A stretch of 64,000 bases of DNA, taken from Balanoglossus misakiensis (Eukaryota > Animalia > Hemichordata). The stretch's first letter is position 1; every line of letters begins with the position of its first letter. The stretch spans positions 4,872,760 to 4,936,759 of the forward strand of contig CM082576.2 of assembly GCA_040954595.2 (NCBI GenBank), in the 5' to 3' direction. The notes under the pieces are model-generated. The model made no database searches. It saw nothing but the letters and a program-made list of their open reading frames with translations, and had not been told where the DNA came from. Positions 57,501-64,000 of the stretch are shown here, one piece after another. A program made the translations under genes and the position numbers.

Positions 57501-58777
57501 TTCAATTTTGCGAGACACTGCTCGGACAGTAGTGTACCCTCAGGGTAATTTTATCACTCATCAGTTGTAACACTTTAAAATAATGGGAGAAGGGACAATG
57601 GTATATCAGAATATCAACTCTTAGATTTAAATCTTATATTCACCATAGACATGAATAATTTATTCATCAAATAATAGAAATAGAAGAGTATGATTAGAGA
57701 AGCCAACACAATGTGTTGGCAAAACATTAAGAAAAATGTTAATATTTGTATTGTCTTTTGAAAAGCTAGGTGTATTTAAAAATTATAGTAGCTTTATGAA
57801 GCCAAATGATGTTCAATGTTTAAATGCCAAATTACTGTTCTCTTGTACAGCGTAGTTTGTATACTAGTATCAGTTTGCTAATGCTGTTACTTTTTTTCTG
57901 TACATTTTGTTATTTACGCAGCATCTGTTTCAGTGGTCACCCAGCTGAAACTGAATCAAAGACATTTATTTCATTTGATAGCAGCTTGTTGTCTTTTTCG
58001 GTTATACCATGAAGACAACATTTATTGTATATATTGTTAATGGAGAAATGCTGATGAATCAGTACTTTATCTGTCATTCAATAAGTCTAGTTCTTTAAGT
58101 TGATTTGTAGTATCATCAGAACATTTGTGTAAATATTTTAAATGCATATAAAGTCATCTTCAGTTTTCTCTTATAAACTTCTGTCAAGCAAGTTCTTTTA
58201 GGTGAGAAATTTAGATACTTTGTATCAGTATTTCTTAAGTATCTTTATCACATTCAGATGAGTAATAAATTTAATTATCAAACAACGAGATATTGCGTTG
58301 GTCATTATTTTCACACTATTACTGGGTAAGTGTACACGAAGATGTGAATTGTCACCAAAGAAGAGAAGCTTGATGTTTTGATTCAAATTCCCATTTCTGA
58401 TAAAGATTTTTTGGCAAAACCATCGATACTGCGTGGTTTACCCACAGGACACTTATGGTATCCCAGATGTATCCTCGTCTTCTGGGCTAATTCTGGGCCA
58501 TCCCATATTATTGCCGGAAGCTCCATAACATAAATCTACGTGCCATGAATGATATTTTGAAAACATCAGATAGAGTCTTATCTAGTCCGCATATTTTTCC
58601 GTTCGAAACACAGTAAACACTACAAAGTTCACTCCGTTTTCGTGTTGCCAGCGCGACGACGATGTTCATTTGTCCGAGCGCAGTTTCTCTGTTGCGCATG
58701 CGGCGTGACCTCGGGACACAGAGTAACTGAATAAATTAGCATGTTTTCTTCACTCCGAAGTGCCAGACCAAAATGTC

Positions 58778-59734
58778 ATGGTGGACATGGAGAAGGTAGT
58801 CGTTTTGTTGATAGCTGCTGTAAGCGTTACTTCAGGTACGTGTATTTATGTTTCCGGAGGGAATACAGACAAAGTGTCTGATCCTCTGTTGAATCCACCT
58901 CGGGATAGCGTCGCCCGGTTTTATTATCTTGACGTTTTAGCGTCATTGGCAACGGCCATTTTTGTCGAAAAAATGCGAGTTGATATGCATGGCGGTTGTA
59001 CATCGACGGTCATTGTGAACAGTATTACATACGTCTGTAGTCTTCCCCGCAAATCCTTCCCCTCTTATTCGTGCTAGACAAAATACAGTTTGTGAGTCAG
59101 TGCGGCATAGTAGCCCACCCATTAAAATCGATTTTCACCTTTCAATTTTCAAGTCATGATGTATACTGTGGCTAGTGGTGTAATAATATGTATATTTCAA
59201 TGTCAACAGCATTACAGTGCTACACTTGTGAACATGAAAATACCAATCAAAATTGTCAAGGCACCAATGCAATCAAGACGTGTTCACAAACCCAGGATAG
59301 ATGTCTGACCCAAGTTATATATTCCTGTAAGTACATGTCATGTAATCAAGTACTTGGGACAAAATAGGATATGATAATGCCAGTGGTATGGATGTTATGT
59401 CATCATCAAAAATGAATTTATCGCTGAGAAAAGGGTGGTTAGTGGAAAAACAAATTTAAGTATATGTTTATTTTCATATATTTTTCTAGCCACGAGAGAC
59501 AAGTTACGTATAGACAAATCGTGTGCATCACAAGCTGGTTGTCAGGCTGCTACAGAAGATTTGGCCAGGTCATATTGGTGCAACACCAATAAAGGTGCCT
59601 GGGGTTGTGTTACATGCTGTGACACAGACTTGTGTAATCTGAGCCAGGCTTCAACTCATCACAACCTGCCCTTCACAACCTTACTCATATCAGTACTTTC
59701 TGCAATTCTATTTCTCACAATTAATATGTCGTAA
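58778..59734 (+). CDS. Ly6/uPAR three-finger protein, probably GPI-anchored (LYPD6-like, 12 Cys)
   Basis: Exons 58778-58835 (signal), 59210-59326 (ALQCYTC..NC..TC..RCLT) and 59490-59734 (KSC..GC..WC..GCVTCCDTDLCN plus hydrophobic tail), with phase-1 introns typical of the family. NRF1-like tgcgcatgcg at ~58693. Confidence 0.88.
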
Positions 59735-62690
59735 TCAATGTGTAATTTATATTTTTGTATTTTAAATTCCGGTTGAAATTGGGAGAAATCAAAATTATTT
59801 GCATTTTGGTAAATCAATGTAAATGTTTATAGTTAAGTTGTAATGCTCGCAGTGTTGAACTTGTTTCATCTATCACAGTTTCTGTTTCTAGAAATACTTC
59901 CTGATCCTATGCAACTGACAGTTACCTTTCTTGTCTAATATCTTCACTTTTGTCAAATTATTGATGTAAATAATAAATGATTGCATATTTCAACATTTCT
60001 TCAGAAAAAAATCTTCCAAGCAAGACTTGTGTTTTGTATTTTTATGCTTCTAGTGTAGTTTCTTCTGAATTCATGTTTTCAGACTTGGGGTGAAAGTTCG
60101 TGCCAACTTTTTCCATGACAAAACTTTGTTTATTTTTTGTTATCTATTTCTGTATAAATAAATAGCATTGTACATAAATATAGACACTGACCAAAAGCAA
60201 ACAAGACATTGAAAATTCATCAATATCATATCAACAGATAATCTAGCAGATACCGAGATCATGGACTCTGTTTATGTACAAATAGAGAATCAACATATCT
60301 GTATTGCACTTTCAGAAAGAAAATGATATCTTCACCATTGGGGGCGCTTCACACCACACATTCCACATAACATCCACATCTGTCATCACCACGTGTGTCA
60401 AACGAATCAGGTCGTGTATCCACTGCCATTGTCAATTACAGCAACACCAAAGCCATTAAGTTTCAATAAATCAAATACGTTTCCTGTACATACAAGTGAC
60501 ACCAACTCCCAAATAACTTTTTATAAAAAGTTTGGTGTTTTTTCTTCCACGACGCAGAGTATCGGACCTGAAAGAACTGTCAAATACAAATACTTCGGTG
60601 CACGGAAAATTTTCCACCCGTAATTAAAAACATTTTTTACACAAAAAATATTAGATTTTTTGTGACAACAATCCCAGAAGGTGTAACCCAATCCGCGGGG
60701 TGGCCCGTACTTCCTAGGTCTTTGCACATGACCCGTACTTTTTCAGGTCCAAGGACATCGACAGTTCAGCGTTGGATAGCGACAGAAAATTGAAGTTCCG
60801 AAAACTCCAAAATGCAATACTCTGACACAGTTGTTGAAATGTTCTACATAATTGTTTACAGAAAAATACATACGCTTCTTCCCATAAAACATGCATATTG
60901 TTGTCACAGTCGGTATTTTAGTGTTGTTGTTGTTGTTGTAGACACCAGTGTTGACCTTTTTATATTATCATTTCTACTGCTAAATTGTTTTATCATCCTG
61001 AAAGTGCGTTTCCCTTTTCTTAGGTTAGCTTTTTTTTTTTACCGTGACACAACAAACATCTTATCGAATTCTTGAAGATTTTCCTATCCCGCTTACATCA
61101 CTGCGCCACCTACGACAGTCTCCGCTTCGCGCTTTGTCCCCGTATCCAGGCCAAGCTCACCAACCTGTGAAGACATTATTTGCCTGGCACAGGTTGCATT
61201 TACGCGTTGACATAAGCAACTAAAATAAGCTGTTCCTGCATACAATTAAATGAAAAATCCTTACAAACATGGGCGTAATTTGTACCAGACAACACAGAAT
61301 CATTTTCAAGCAAAAATACCTACAGGATCCGTACACAAATAAATGCTACAATACATACATTTTGACTCGCGCAATATAACTTTGTGTCCAAGAGGTCTGT
61401 CATTCGATATCTATTTCTCTAATCTGTCCCGTTTTCTGTGTTCAAAAGTTCAAACCATGCTGGTAATTTTTCTAACCCTCGAGCATCTGTCTCCATTTGT
61501 CGCCAAATAGTTCAGTCGAGTGGAATGCTGTCGGTATAAGCTCGCAGTTGGAACTAAAGGAGGTAAGTCTTCCCGACGCAATAAAACATGTATAGCGGGC
61601 TCAGTTGGGCTTGTTCAACTCTATCGGCCCTATGTTTGTCAGTATAAGGTGCTTTTGGTTTTTAATTTGGTGGAGAATAAATGTGTATAGCCTGACTGTG
61701 TTGAAAAGTCGTACGAAAAACAAAATGGCGTAACCCATCTGCCGCCCGAACGCGTGGCAACCGACACTATATAAGTTCCCCGATAATCTCGTCCTAACAA
61801 GGCTAAACAGCGCTATCTCGCCATACTCTCTCGTCTTTCATAGGTCTAATATTCAGACACTACACGAGAACTGCCTGTTTTTGCAATTAGAGTGTCGCCC
61901 TTCTAAGATTATTACACCTGTTAAAAATCTTGGCAGTTTACTTGTGCAGGCCCTGTGAACTAGTACAGCGAGGAACTGCATTTGTTAATCTGCCAAAGAC
62001 TTCGATGTGCGATCCGCAAAAAATAAAAAAATAAGGCGTACTTCCAAACGAATGTCGCTGTAACCATGAAGCCATTTGAAGATACATGTACATAAGCTTA
62101 TGCTAGGAATCATGGTTGCATTTATTGCTGCGATCACAGACAAACCCCTTTTGGGAAAACGAGTCAGCGATGGACGTTTTCTGGGACTCATCCAGATTAA
62201 TCCACAGACAAGTATGTCGCGAGGCAGCAAATCTGAAGTCTGTGGAATCATTTGGTTTATGATACTCGTATGATGTATGATACTCGGAATACTCAGTCTC
62301 CCGACCCGGGTGTAATCTATTTCTGATCTTGAGGTCTACACTTCCTCTATTCACATAACGTCGAAGATTTTCGTTGTTTTTCAGTTCACATTTTTTCACT
62401 CCAGTTTCAGACTTTGCCACGTGACTTGTGAGTGGAAGTTTGCTGTGCGCATATTTCCATCTTTGAATGAAACGATGGAGTTTTTCATTTTTTTTATCCA
62501 TGATGAAAACGGGCTTCACGATCGAGGGAGGGAACGAATACAACTTTACTACCTAATCCAGTATGGTGTTTGACAACATCCAATTAAAAATTCAGTTACA
62601 TGTACCATGTCTAGTATTCAAAGCAGAAATTTGGCATTGACGATCCCGAAATGATGACCGCCAATTCCTTTTGCTAAAATAACATCGGCA

Positions 62691-62850
62691 CACAGAATGC
62701 GGCAGCCATTTTGAATTTCAAATATTGTTAAGTATCATTACAATTCATGTTATTTTTTACTTCTAAGCCAAAATCTTCATAGTCACCCCAGGTTTTTCTT
62801 CAGTTTTGTAAGAGATTAATGTTGTGTGTTACTGAGCAAAAGCGCAAAGC
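62691..62850 (+). repeat. Degenerate interspersed repeat fragment
   Basis: Core ggcagccattttgaatttcaaat recurs in inverted orientation at ~16218-16245 (ggcggccattttgaatttaaaat on the minus strand). The extent beyond the core is approximate. Confidence 0.45.
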
Positions 62851-64000
62851 ACGGAAAACACACTGCCAGTATTGCAGTTATTGAATTTGGACGAAAAGCG
62901 TCGGGCGACGGAGCGTTTGAATGGCCCAATTACGATTCAGCGAATATTACTTTCTCGATCACGTGAACGCAGCCACAAAGAAAAGTGGCTCATCCAATTA
63001 CAACACGTGTGTTTTTGCTATTATACCATTTCTCTGAAAACCGCCAGGTCAGCACGTTTTAATGACGAAAACAACGCACCAGCGACTCCTTGTGTGGAAA
63101 AAACGTCAAAGATGGCAATTTTATCCTTTTTCAAAAGCCACTAACTGGTATACGTATTGGTTTGTTGAATTCAGGTTGAGATAAGTTATTAGATTGACAG
63201 AGTGGCCGTTGGATCTTGGATAATACTTACAAAAATACACAGGAGTAGTTTAAGTACGCAACCAATTATACATTGTCCTTTCAACATTTTCCTGTGCACT
63301 CCAAACTTTCTCAACTACCCTAATAATTCACACTTTCCAATCAAACGATACTAAACAATTTTAAGTTATGATGACCGGATTTTGTTATAAAACATCGTTC
63401 TCAGCTACATGCCACTAACTAAATGCATGTGAATTATAGACCTCAAAGATATCTTCAGATTTTCTTTGAATTCTTCAAAACTTCATTGCAGTTGCCACAA
63501 CCTATCGGATTTTCAGTTGCTGTTTTTTAAGTGATACTGCCTTTTTGCCCGATAGAGTTGCCGAGTCCATGGAGCTACCGGTCCTTTTTATTTAATGTAC
63601 GCATATTTTATTCAAATGATAGTCATCAACGCAAGGGCAATGCCATGATTTGTAGAGTGCCCTGCAGACAGTGATCATGACCGCAATTAACTGGCATATC
63701 CCAATTGCAACGACCCAGGAACCATCAGGAGCACCAACCCCTGGGTAGACCACAATTCATGTCTTCACTTAATGGTATACGGTCACTTAACCAAATTCAT
63801 CCACATTTACCATTGAAAGTTGAGATCTACCCAATCTCAGAATTTGCCTTGTCAGGAGTGTCCTATTGGCAGGATCAGCTGTTTATAGATTTGCACCTTA
63901 TTGTTTTAGCCAATCAAACCATGTGCTATACACGCACGTATAACGAACACGGCAAACGGAAACTACTGTCAAATATCTCCAAGGGTGCCATCCAACATCA

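Noticed and set aside
61985-63144. ORFs of 65-146 aa in the terminal region
   Set aside because: No domain-like features or exon boundaries; the region looks like decayed repeats.

Overview
AT-rich, intron-containing eukaryotic DNA from an invertebrate bilaterian. An ambulacrarian/hemichordate-like deuterostome is my guess, not something the sequence shows. The window is gene dense, and I rebuilt 11 spliced genes by hand from GT-AG sites and frame/phase continuity. In order: the 3' part of cytoplasmic dynein 1 heavy chain (+); two tandem secreted CUB-CUB-mucin-PAN paralogs (-); a secreted EPN-type C-type lectin (-); CLPTM1 (-) head-to-head with menin (+); ANKEF1 (-); a tandem pair of a short COX7A and an N-extended COX7A2L/SCAF1-like gene (both -, largely missed by the ORF track); CCDC170 (+); and a 12-Cys Ly6/uPAR (LYPD6-like) gene (+). 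The most notable observations are the adjacent SCAF1-like/COX7A pair, candidate frame-preserving microexons in the one oversized dynein intron, a relic third promoter/exon 1 plus possible gene-conversion tracts in the CUB-mucin cluster, a palindrome/NRF1 cluster inside a COX7A intron, and RFX X-boxes in ANKEF1. I found no rRNA, tRNA, CRISPR array or autonomous transposon. All homology calls come from recalled family sequences, not database searches.
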